A DNA stretch of 36,069 nucleotides, taken from NCBI GenBank assembly GCA_048885525.1, contig JBHLLP010000033.1, positions 1 through 36,069 of the forward strand, in the 5' to 3' direction. Below the pieces are notes generated by a model. The model saw nothing but the letters and a program-made list of their open reading frames with translations. It made no database searches and had not been told where the DNA came from. Position numbers and translations under genes: made by a program. Numbering within the stretch: the first letter of the stretch is position 1; every line of letters starts with the position of its first letter. This document shows positions 8,277-17,023 of the stretch, in pieces. This DNA comes from Candidatus Hermodarchaeota archaeon. Lineage in GTDB: Archaea > Asgardarchaeota > Lokiarchaeia > Sigyniarchaeales > SOKP01.

Positions 8277-10175
8277 ATGGGTATCATAAATTATCCCCCA
8301 GAAAAGATTTATAGCCCTTCCAAGTTGAAGAGACCGGATTATGACCATATTATTCTCTGGATGTTGAATAATAATAATACATGCAAATGGGCGGATTTTC
8401 ATCGAGAACCAATTGAAATTCCTACGGGTACATTATCTAGACATTTAGACACATTAAAACGTAAGGGTTTTGTAGAAAATTTTACTAGAGGGCATTACAG
8501 AATTACTTCAGAGGGAAAAAAGAAATTTCATGAGTTATCATCATCTAAAAAGAAAAAACGCAGACTAAACTATCCTCCCGAAATAATATTAAGAAGTGGA
8601 AGGAATTACTCTCACTGGATTCTGTGGATGATTTATAATAATAATTACTGTAAAAGAACTGATTTCCTTAAAAAACCATTGTCTATAAATCAAACTTCAT
8701 TATCAAAAAATTTGAACTTATTAATTGAAAAGGGATTTGCATCAAAAGAAGATGGAAAATATCTAATTACCCAAGCAGGGAAATCTGAATACTCAAGGAT
8801 GTTAAAAAACTATGATTTGGATAGGCAAACTATTTTGGAAGAGGAAAGTAAACGAATTGAAGAGATTACTAAAAAAACACTTCAATTTTTTGAGATTTAT
8901 AATATTAAAGATGAAAATATACAATATAGGTTTCTAAATAATATACTAAGATTAGACTATGAAAAAGTAAAACCTATATTAAAAGATGAGGAAATCTTTC
9001 ATAAAATCATACTTTTCCTTTCGATTAATCATCCGGATCAATATCCAAACCTTATATCCTCTGAAGATTTTTCTAAAATTTATAAAATTAAGAAAACTAC
9101 GCTTGATTATTACATTGATGAGATCTCAGATGGTAAAATATATCCATTAAGATTTTTTAAGTTAAGGCAACCATCAGGCGAACAATATTACTTTCAATCA
9201 GATGGAACGCTAGAAAAAATGCTTCGAATAATCACCGAGAATAAAATCACTAAAGTTTCTTATTTAAATAAGCTTTTTTCTAAAAAAGTTATGTTAGATA
9301 TGGAATCCACAATAAATGATATTGCTAACAAGAGTTGTAAATTCTTATTTAATAAAAAATTGAAAGAATCTCTCAGAGAGTTTTTGCCGGAATATATTAA
9401 ATATTTAGCTTATAAAATTGAGACTAAGAAGAAATTAAAAGAGACTTATGATAAATTAGAGGGAGTTATTTGGCAGAATATAACAGATGCTTTTCAATCA
9501 AAAATCTCTGAAAATTTAGTTGATAAATATGAAGAACAAATAAAAGAGATTGAAAAAGAAATTGAAATAAAACCTAAGAATCTCAACTTATATTATTCGA
9601 AGATTAGAGTTCTGATTTACTTTAACCAATACAAAGATACAATAAATTTTTTAGAGGAAATGTTAGAAATTTTTCCTGAAAGTGAGAAGGATATTAAGGT
9701 ATTAAAAGCAGCCGTTCTTAGAAGAATGCAAAATGTTGAAGCAGGATTAGAAATCATTGAGTCTTTAATTGAAAAGTACCCTAAAGTCCATGATCTCCTT
9801 AGTTATAAAGCCTATTGGCTACAGTTTTTGGATAAAAAACAGCAAGCATTAGAAATAATTCAAAATCTTATAGAAATTGAACCTGAGGCGGGAATTTATT
9901 ATGACACATATGGTGAGATTTTAATGTATTTTGAAGATTATGAAGAAGCTGCTAAAAAATTTGTAAAGTCAATGGTTTTAGGAGCCCATGAATGGTATAT
10001 TTTTCAGACTTATATCAAATTAGGAATTTGTTATAAAGCTATTGGAAATATTGATTTAGCAGTTGAAAATCTCAATAAAGGAATAGAACTTACAGAGAAA
10101 AAAGTAAAAGATTCTGAAACAAAAGAAAAATGGCTTTCCATTGCTAATCTTTTTCTTTCAGAACTTAAGCCATAG
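8277..10175 (+). CDS. Tandem winged-HTH + C-terminal TPR putative transcription regulator (paralog 1)
   Basis: Two internal repeats NYPP...ILWM..NN...LS..L..L...G......Y.IT..G (wHTH), a possible third HTH (EDFSKIYKIKKTTLDYYIDEI), and C-terminal TPRs (YYDTYGEILM, TYIKLGICY). Confidence 0.8.
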   Translation: MGIINYPPEKIYSPSKLKRPDYDHIILWMLNNNNTCKWADFHREPIEIPTGTLSRHLDTLKRKGFVENFTRGHYRITSEGKKKFHELSSSKKKKRRLNYPPEIILRSGRNYSHWILWMIYNNNYCKRTDFLKKPLSINQTSLSKNLNLLIEKGFASKEDGKYLITQAGKSEYSRMLKNYDLDRQTILEEESKRIEEITKKTLQFFEIYNIKDENIQYRFLNNILRLDYEKVKPILKDEEIFHKIILFLSINHPDQYPNLISSEDFSKIYKIKKTTLDYYIDEISDGKIYPLRFFKLRQPSGEQYYFQSDGTLEKMLRIITENKITKVSYLNKLFSKKVMLDMESTINDIANKSCKFLFNKKLKESLREFLPEYIKYLAYKIETKKKLKETYDKLEGVIWQNITDAFQSKISENLVDKYEEQIKEIEKEIEIKPKNLNLYYSKIRVLIYFNQYKDTINFLEEMLEIFPESEKDIKVLKAAVLRRMQNVEAGLEIIESLIEKYPKVHDLLSYKAYWLQFLDKKQQALEIIQNLIEIEPEAGIYYDTYGEILMYFEDYEEAAKKFVKSMVLGAHEWYIFQTYIKLGICYKAIGNIDLAVENLNKGIELTEKKVKDSETKEKWLSIANLFLSELKP

Positions 10176-10292
10176 AAGTAGATCATTAAAAAAATCTAAA
10201 TCTTATTCTCTAAGTTTTACAATTCATTGGATAGAGCTTTAAACTTATTATAAGAAGGTTTTTTATCTATTGATCTAATTTTTATCATTCAA

Positions 10293-11807
10293 TTAATTTT
10301 TTCCTTTTATTTCTAAATCTATACTTTCTTCTTCCTTATATGATATTGTTGGCTTCAAAGAATCAATCGGAATGTCACACACCCAACATAGATTTTCCAA
10401 ATTGGTTAAAGCTCGAGCGCAGTTTTCGCAATAGATAGCCCCACATTTACATATATACGAGAAACCCAATACTTCACCTTTACATACCAAGCACATTTTC
10501 TTCTCTTTAGAAATTATTACTTCCTCTTCTTTAACTTGCGTCCTTAATATAATAGGCTTTAGATTCATTTTTTCAATTAATTCATCTATGCGAGCTAGTT
10601 CTAAACGTTCTATCATTGGTGCTCCCACTTCCTTAAGTTTATGCCATAAAACTGATTTTTCGTTTAAATCCTCTTTCTCTTTAGAAATTTGTTGGGCTAA
10701 TTGAATATGGTCAAATCTTTCTGCAATTTGCTGAGCTTGGGTAAAGAATCGTTTAGCTTCTTTAAAATTAAAAATTAGTAGACTTATTTTTCCTTGTAAG
10801 AGAAATGTCTCAGCAGCAAAATAATAGGATTTTTGATGTTCTGCAATTTTTAATAATTTTTTAATATATGGGTTTATTTCGTTTATTATATCTGAATCGT
10901 TAGTTATTCTTAATTCAATAAGAAGTAGGTCACAAATATTTATTATTGCTTTAATAACGAACTGGAAATTTTCTTTTTCCTCAGCAACTTGCTTAAATAA
11001 ATCTTCTGCTTCAATTCTATCTCTTGCTCGCAAACTCGTTTTCAATATTAAAGCTTTATAGTAATGATACAATAATTCAGAATAACTTTGTTTATCTTTT
11101 TCTATTAAATCACTCATCAGTTGGAAATAATATTTTGCATTAATAGTATCACCCTTCCCTAGATAACTATCAATCAGAAGTCCAAAAGAATTTAATAACC
11201 GAGGGGGGTAACCGACTTCTAGAGCACGTTTTGCATAATTTATAGCTTTATCATAATCTCCAAGGAAATGATAAGATTCCGCAAGATTTAATAGAGGTGA
11301 TGATTTTCGCTCTTTATCTTCACTATATTTTGCGAGCTCGAAAGCTTTTTCATTTAACATAAGGCTAAGTTGAGAATTTCCTGTAAGTCCTGCATTAATA
11401 GCTTTAATTCTGATCATATAAGATTCTTTTTCTCTAAGATCTGTCTTTGATACTCCTTTGAGATTTTCAAATATCTCCTCAGCTTTTTTAAGCGCAATAC
11501 TACTTTTACTTAAATCTCCCATCATTAAAAGTGAATATGCTTGAATTAACAAACCTTCAAAATATGAGGGTAAATCTCCTTGTTTTTGAGTTTCTTGTAA
11601 AAATTGGATAACAAGGCTAAGAGTTTTTGAATATTTTGATGACCTATATAATAACCTTAATTTCAATAACATAAAAGAGATTAAATTCTGATTAGATAAA
11701 TTACTCCTCTCCTCAATATCCAAAATAATTTGCAACGCTTCTTTAATTCTCCCTTCATATGTAAGCTGTTTTACTTTATTCAGCTCAATAATCTCAGAAT
11801 CAGACAT
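10293..11807 (-). CDS. TPR-repeat protein with C-terminal C4C4 RING-like zinc finger (paralog of 2190-3707)
   Basis: CLVC-x10-CKCGAIYCENC-x10-CWVC; shares the LRARDR..AE and CDLLLIELRITND blocks with the other TPR proteins. Confidence 0.8.
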   Translation of the reverse strand: MSDSEIIELNKVKQLTYEGRIKEALQIILDIEERSNLSNQNLISFMLLKLRLLYRSSKYSKTLSLVIQFLQETQKQGDLPSYFEGLLIQAYSLLMMGDLSKSSIALKKAEEIFENLKGVSKTDLREKESYMIRIKAINAGLTGNSQLSLMLNEKAFELAKYSEDKERKSSPLLNLAESYHFLGDYDKAINYAKRALEVGYPPRLLNSFGLLIDSYLGKGDTINAKYYFQLMSDLIEKDKQSYSELLYHYYKALILKTSLRARDRIEAEDLFKQVAEEKENFQFVIKAIINICDLLLIELRITNDSDIINEINPYIKKLLKIAEHQKSYYFAAETFLLQGKISLLIFNFKEAKRFFTQAQQIAERFDHIQLAQQISKEKEDLNEKSVLWHKLKEVGAPMIERLELARIDELIEKMNLKPIILRTQVKEEEVIISKEKKMCLVCKGEVLGFSYICKCGAIYCENCARALTNLENLCWVCDIPIDSLKPTISYKEEESIDLEIKGKN

Positions 11808-11926
11808 CTAAGTTACTTTAAACCTCTAAATTCTTTTGGATTTATTTAGTTTTAAAAGTTAAATTCTCTTCTAAGTATATTCTAAAACAAAATTCTTTAT
11901 TTGTTTTTGGTACAATCTCAAAAATC

Positions 11927-12481
11927 TTACAATTCATTGGAAAGAGCTTTAAACTTATTATATAATTTTTCGATAAGAGTATTAAAAGCTTTATAAACTC
12001 CTTCTCCTGTTTTTGCTGATGTTATATAATATCCGAGAAAATTTCGTTCTTTTATAAGTTCTTGAATTTTGGTTTTATCCAAATTGTCTTCCTCAATTAA
12101 ATCAACTTTATTGGCAAAAACAACAATAGGAATATCTCCACAGTATTGTTTTATATCATCATGCCAATTTGTTATATGTTCAAAGCTCCGTGTACCCAAA
12201 TCGTTTTCTTCGAGACTATATACGATAATAGCTGCTCTACTTTCTCTATAAAAAGAAGGACGTAAAAAAAGGAAATCATCTTGCCCTGCTATATCCCAAA
12301 ATAATAATCTAATCTTATCTCCACTAATTTCTGCAAAGAACTCAGAAAATTGGGCACCAATGGTCTTAATATATTCTTTTTGAAACGTGCCTTGCGTGAA
12401 CTTTTTAATCAAGGAAGTCTTTCCTACGCTACCATCCCCTATAACAATAACCTTAAATCCGAATTTTTGAGAATCATTCAT
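11927..12481 (-). CDS. Rab/Ras-like small GTPase
   Basis: GDGSVGKT, YIKTIG, WDIAGQ, NKVD, TSAK; close paralog of 3824-4378. Confidence 0.93.
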   Translation of the reverse strand: MNDSQKFGFKVIVIGDGSVGKTSLIKKFTQGTFQKEYIKTIGAQFSEFFAEISGDKIRLLFWDIAGQDDFLFLRPSFYRESRAAIIVYSLEENDLGTRSFEHITNWHDDIKQYCGDIPIVVFANKVDLIEEDNLDKTKIQELIKERNFLGYYITSAKTGEGVYKAFNTLIEKLYNKFKALSNEL

Positions 12482-12517
12482 TTAATTTTCAAGTAGATTT
12501 CCAATTATTAAATTAAG

Positions 12518-12546
12518 ATTAGAATTATACTAATTTAAAATTTTAG
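12518..12546 (-). promoter_or_regulatory. GTPase promoter, copy 2 (ATTAG-N7-CTAAT plus TATA-like box)
   Basis: Matches 4421-4449. Confidence 0.5.
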
Positions 12547-12616
12547 TCTCTGTGAATCTTGAAAAATTAATAAAATACTTATTTAAAATATAAGGGAAAA
12601 AAAAGAAAAAAAATTT

Positions 12617-12697
12617 TTAATAATTTTGATAAACTTGACAATATCCATTGTTATAGACTTTTACTCGTTGTTTTTCAGCAACGTCCATTTTTTTCAT
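12617..12697 (-). CDS. Unannotated 26-aa peptide MKKMDVAEKQRVKVYNNGYCQVYQNY
   Basis: Strong SD GGAGGTGAT (12713-12705) 7 nt before the ATG, own TATA box (12765-12771), U-rich terminator-like tract after the stop (12597-12613), upstream region homologous to that of 23283-23357. Confidence 0.75.
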   Translation of the reverse strand: MKKMDVAEKQRVKVYNNGYCQVYQNY

Positions 12698-12804
12698 TTT
12701 TTTTATCACCTCCATTTTGTATTGTTTTTTATTTTTTTCTTAATTTTAATATGGATAAGCTTCGTTATATAGTTTTTATTGCGGAACTTTTCGCGAAGTT
12801 CGAA
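12698..12804 (-). promoter_or_regulatory. Peptide-gene leader, BRE/TATA and palindromic operator GAACTT-N6-AAGTTC
   Basis: Minus strand AAAAACTATATAA; palindrome at 12784-12801; ungapped alignment to 23358-23464, and its last 44 nt align to 24273-24316. Confidence 0.75.
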
Positions 12805-12899
12805 TATGAGAAAAGGTTTATGAACAAAACCAAAATTAAGGTGAAAAAACAGATTAGGATTAGAAATTACATCAATTATAATTCTCAGTTATATTTCGT

Positions 12900-14855
12900 T
12901 TAATTTAACCGAATTGTTTTTTCAGCAAATATTTCATTTATCAATGGTTCTAGGGAAGGGATATCTTTTAATTGTACTAATCGGCTTGTTTGGTTGTATT
13001 CATTGAACGTCTTCCATATGGTTGCATCCTGTTTAACATTATCAATGAATTTTGCTACTCTTTGCTGCGCGAGATATGATTGTCCCTTGAATAAATAGCA
13101 TACAAGGAAAGGATGCAAAGAATTCATAATAATTGTATACTCCCCAAAATTCGCCCTGTTGAGACCCTCAGAGAACATTTGATCACTAAAGGAATTTATA
13201 GCTGTTAGAAAACCTCCAAAAAGATGATCCTCGAAAGCCCATTCTTCCGCAAAGGAATTAGAGAATAGGGGCCTACCACCCTCTGAAATAATCAATAGTA
13301 CGATAGGTTCCTCATCAGTAAGCTCAGGAACAATAATTTCTCGTTTTCGGATCATCCTTTCCATCTGTTCATTTGGACTTGCTAACTCCAAGCGTTCATA
13401 TAATGGTGCTTTAGATTCTTTTAATTTGTTCCACACATCTAATTGTTTAAGTAATTCATCATGCTCATTCGATATCTTTATTGCTAACCGATTGAGACCA
13501 TAATTATCTGCTATTTCTTGAGCCTTAATTAATAACTGCCGAGCTTTTTTTATATCCAACGTAATTAAGGATAATCTTGCTTGGAGCAAATATGTTTCAG
13601 CTAATAGAGAATAAGAACGCGAATTTTTAACGGTGTCAAATAATTGAGAAATATAAACTTGCAATTCATCCAGTATTTCAGGTTCGTTAGTTGCATATAA
13701 CTCAAATAGGAGCAAATCGCACAAGTTCAGGAGAGCCATTTTTAAACTTTCAAAGTCAGAGATTTCTTCTTCAATCAACTGTTTTAACATCTCTTCAGCT
13801 TTCCCACGATTAACAGCGCGGGGGCTAGATTTCAGGTATATAGCTCTATCAATGTTATATAGTATATTATAATAATTGGATTGATTCTTTTCTTGATCAG
13901 AAATTTGCTTCATTCGATTTAACCATCGCTGTGCCTGTTCAAGATCGTTCATATCAAGAGCTAATTGAAACAAACTATCAGTAAAGGCAAATTTCTGAAT
14001 AATTGTACCATATTCTTCTGCAATAGTTATACTTTTTTTCAAAAACTTTAAGGCATTGTCGTAATCGCCTTTTTCATGGTATGTCATTCCAATGCTATTA
14101 TATATTGGTGATAATAATTCTAATTTGTTTTCTTTCTCTGTAAATGATAGGATTTGTTCGTAATAACTAAGAGCCTTATCTAATTCACCTTTGAGCGTAT
14201 AAATCATTCCAAATTGCAAATTGCAATAGTGAAAAATATCTATTAAGTCAAGTTTATTGCAATGATTTTTACATGATTTAATATATTCTAAAGCACAGTT
14301 TAAGTTTCCAATTTTCCAGGAAATCACTCCAAGTTGGTAATGCATAAGAGCAATATCTACTTTTAGATTGAGATCTTCTAGGATTACTAGAGATTCCTCC
14401 CTAAATTCTTTAGCTTTTTCCAGATCTCCTTTCTGCTCATGATAAGCGCCTTTGTTCCATAATATATATGCTTTTCTTTTTTTGAGTTCTGTGGATAATT
14501 CTTGAGGGAGTATCTTCAGTAGATCTTCACTCTTTTTGATAAAGCCAGCTGCTTCATTTGTCTTATAAGACCAATTTGATATAGCTCCCATAAGAATATA
14601 GACATCAAGCAATAAAATGGAATTTTCAAGCTTTTGGCTTTCACGATAAGCTTTTTCGGTATATTTTGTACATTCATTTCTATCTTGAAAATAAAAGGCG
14701 ACAAAACCTTTTAGACAATAATAAGCTATCCGCTCACGATAAGAGAGATCTTTTTTGTTTTTAAAATCATTGAGTATTTGAAGAGCTTCTTCGATTTTAC
14801 CTGCTTCAATAAGCTTTTCTGCTTGACCTAATTCCTTATGTATTAAATGAGCCAT
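12900..14855 (-). CDS. TPR-longin protein, array copy 5
   Basis: TPR repeats plus longin-like tail LLIISEGGRPLFS...HLFGGFLTAINSFSDQMF. Confidence 0.82.
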   Translation of the reverse strand: MAHLIHKELGQAEKLIEAGKIEEALQILNDFKNKKDLSYRERIAYYCLKGFVAFYFQDRNECTKYTEKAYRESQKLENSILLLDVYILMGAISNWSYKTNEAAGFIKKSEDLLKILPQELSTELKKRKAYILWNKGAYHEQKGDLEKAKEFREESLVILEDLNLKVDIALMHYQLGVISWKIGNLNCALEYIKSCKNHCNKLDLIDIFHYCNLQFGMIYTLKGELDKALSYYEQILSFTEKENKLELLSPIYNSIGMTYHEKGDYDNALKFLKKSITIAEEYGTIIQKFAFTDSLFQLALDMNDLEQAQRWLNRMKQISDQEKNQSNYYNILYNIDRAIYLKSSPRAVNRGKAEEMLKQLIEEEISDFESLKMALLNLCDLLLFELYATNEPEILDELQVYISQLFDTVKNSRSYSLLAETYLLQARLSLITLDIKKARQLLIKAQEIADNYGLNRLAIKISNEHDELLKQLDVWNKLKESKAPLYERLELASPNEQMERMIRKREIIVPELTDEEPIVLLIISEGGRPLFSNSFAEEWAFEDHLFGGFLTAINSFSDQMFSEGLNRANFGEYTIIMNSLHPFLVCYLFKGQSYLAQQRVAKFIDNVKQDATIWKTFNEYNQTSRLVQLKDIPSLEPLINEIFAEKTIRLN

Positions 14856-14971
14856 AATTTTCTCAGATATTATAGGTTTGAATAGCTTGGATTATAACTT
14901 TTCAGATACAAGTTATATAGTAAGAAAATTACCATTTTAAATGTAATTACAATACCAATAAAAAATCGAAT

Positions 14972-16924
14972 TTACGCAATCAGGGGGACACTTTTATCTA
15001 TAAAGATTTTAGTTATCAATGGTTCAAGGGAAGGAACATCTTTTAATTGAACTAATCGGCTTGTTTTATTATAATCATTAAACATCTTCCATATGTTAGC
15101 ATCCTCTTTAACATGATCAATGAATTTTGCCACTCTTTGCTGTGCAAGATATGATTGACCCTTAAATAAATAACATACGAGGAATGGTTCGAGAGGATTC
15201 ATAATAATAGTATACTCTCCAAAATTAGCCCTATTGAGCCCCTCAGAGAACATCTGATCACTAAAGGAATTTATAGCGGTTAAAAAACCTCCAAAAAGAT
15301 GATCTTCGAAAGCCCATTCTTCTGCAAATGATTTAGAGAATAGAGGCCTTCCACCCTCCGAAATAATTAAAAGTACTATAGGATCTTCATCAGTAAGCTC
15401 AGGAACAACTATTTCTCGTTTTCGGATCATTTTCTCCATCTGTTCATTAAGTTGTGCTAACTTCAAGCGTTCAGCTAAAGATGCTTCTGATTCTTTTAAT
15501 TTGTCCCACACATCTAATTGTTTAAGTAATTCATCGTGCTCATTCGAAATTTTCATGGCTATTAAATTAAGACCGTATTTTTCGGCAACTTCCTGAGCTT
15601 GTGTCAAAAACCGCCGAGCTTCGTTCGTATCAAAAGTTATTAATGCTACTTTGGCTTGTAATAGGTAGGTTTCAGCGAGATACCAAAACGAGTTTGTTTT
15701 CTCAGTTAATTCTAATAAACGATTTAGATTGGTTTTAATCTCTTCTAGCACTTCAGCATCGTTAGTTATGCGTAATTCAACCAATAATAAATCACAAAGC
15801 TCTATTAATGCTTCAATTTTTGAAATAACTCCTTCTTCTTCAATAATTTCTCTCAATATTTCTTCTGCTTTGACCCGGTTTTTAGCTCTTGTGCTTGTTT
15901 TCAGTAGGATGGCGCTACTCAAACGAAAACATGAATTAATCCATTTACTTTCCTCTTGTTCGTTGAGCTGCTTTAAGCGGTTAAAGTGTTTTTGAGCTAA
16001 TTCAAGATCGCCCATTTCGACTGCTGCACCAATCAAATTAGTAAGAGTTGTAGATGTGTGTAAATTAATCCCGAGTTCCTCTCTTATTGTTAGACCTCGC
16101 TCTAGATGCCCTAAAGCACGAATAAAGTCACCCTTTCCTCTATAGATATTCCCAATTTGGGTATGTGCAGCTGCGATCATCTGTTTATTATTAATCTTTT
16201 CGTGTAATTTTAAACCTTGCTCTGCATATATGAGACTTCGATCTAATTCACCTTTATTCAAATGAACAAGCATTAACCATAGCAAGTTTTGAGCTATAAA
16301 ATACTTGCTATTACTTTCCTCTGCTAATAATAAACTTCGCTTTAGATATTTAATGGCATGATTCAATTCACCTTTTTGTCCAAAAAGAATATGAGCGATC
16401 CAATAAAGGGATTCAGCAATCATAACTTTATTGTCTAATTTCTCTCCCAATTCTAAACTCTGTTCTAAGAACTTTAGTTGATTATCCATTATTTGAATGA
16501 ATATACCTTTAACTAAAAAAATGTGAGCTTCTCGTTTCATGATGTCTTCTGGTAATTCTCGGGTAAATTTTTTTAATAATTCTTCGGCTTGGTTAATTAC
16601 ATTAATAGCTTCCTCTTCTCTATCAAGAAATTTTAAAGCCTTCGCGCTGAGTATTAAGGCGTCAACTGATTGGAGATTTTTTCCCAACTCTAAACTCTCT
16701 TTATATGTTTGATCTGCTATTTTAAGCATTTCCTCAAATTTCCATTGCCAATATAAAAGGTTGCACTTGAGGAGCCGAAATGATACTTTATCCTGAAGCA
16801 TGAGGCCCTTCATTTGCTCGAAACTGTCAATGAGTTGGAGGGCTTCATCATACTTGCCTTCATCAATGAGTTTTTTTGCTTGAACAAGCTCCTTAGATTC
16901 ATCACTGGACATATTTTCATCCAT
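14972..16924 (-). CDS. TPR-longin protein, array copy 4
   Basis: Same architecture; ELRITND subtype. Confidence 0.82.
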   Translation of the reverse strand: MDENMSSDESKELVQAKKLIDEGKYDEALQLIDSFEQMKGLMLQDKVSFRLLKCNLLYWQWKFEEMLKIADQTYKESLELGKNLQSVDALILSAKALKFLDREEEAINVINQAEELLKKFTRELPEDIMKREAHIFLVKGIFIQIMDNQLKFLEQSLELGEKLDNKVMIAESLYWIAHILFGQKGELNHAIKYLKRSLLLAEESNSKYFIAQNLLWLMLVHLNKGELDRSLIYAEQGLKLHEKINNKQMIAAAHTQIGNIYRGKGDFIRALGHLERGLTIREELGINLHTSTTLTNLIGAAVEMGDLELAQKHFNRLKQLNEQEESKWINSCFRLSSAILLKTSTRAKNRVKAEEILREIIEEEGVISKIEALIELCDLLLVELRITNDAEVLEEIKTNLNRLLELTEKTNSFWYLAETYLLQAKVALITFDTNEARRFLTQAQEVAEKYGLNLIAMKISNEHDELLKQLDVWDKLKESEASLAERLKLAQLNEQMEKMIRKREIVVPELTDEDPIVLLIISEGGRPLFSKSFAEEWAFEDHLFGGFLTAINSFSDQMFSEGLNRANFGEYTIIMNPLEPFLVCYLFKGQSYLAQQRVAKFIDHVKEDANIWKMFNDYNKTSRLVQLKDVPSLEPLITKIFIDKSVPLIA

Positions 16925-17023
16925 ATTTTTAGAAAAAATTGGATTCTAATTTTCAATATACAAGTTATATATTAAGTTATTTATCATTTTAAATGTACTT
17001 AAATTATCAATAAAAATTCGAGT

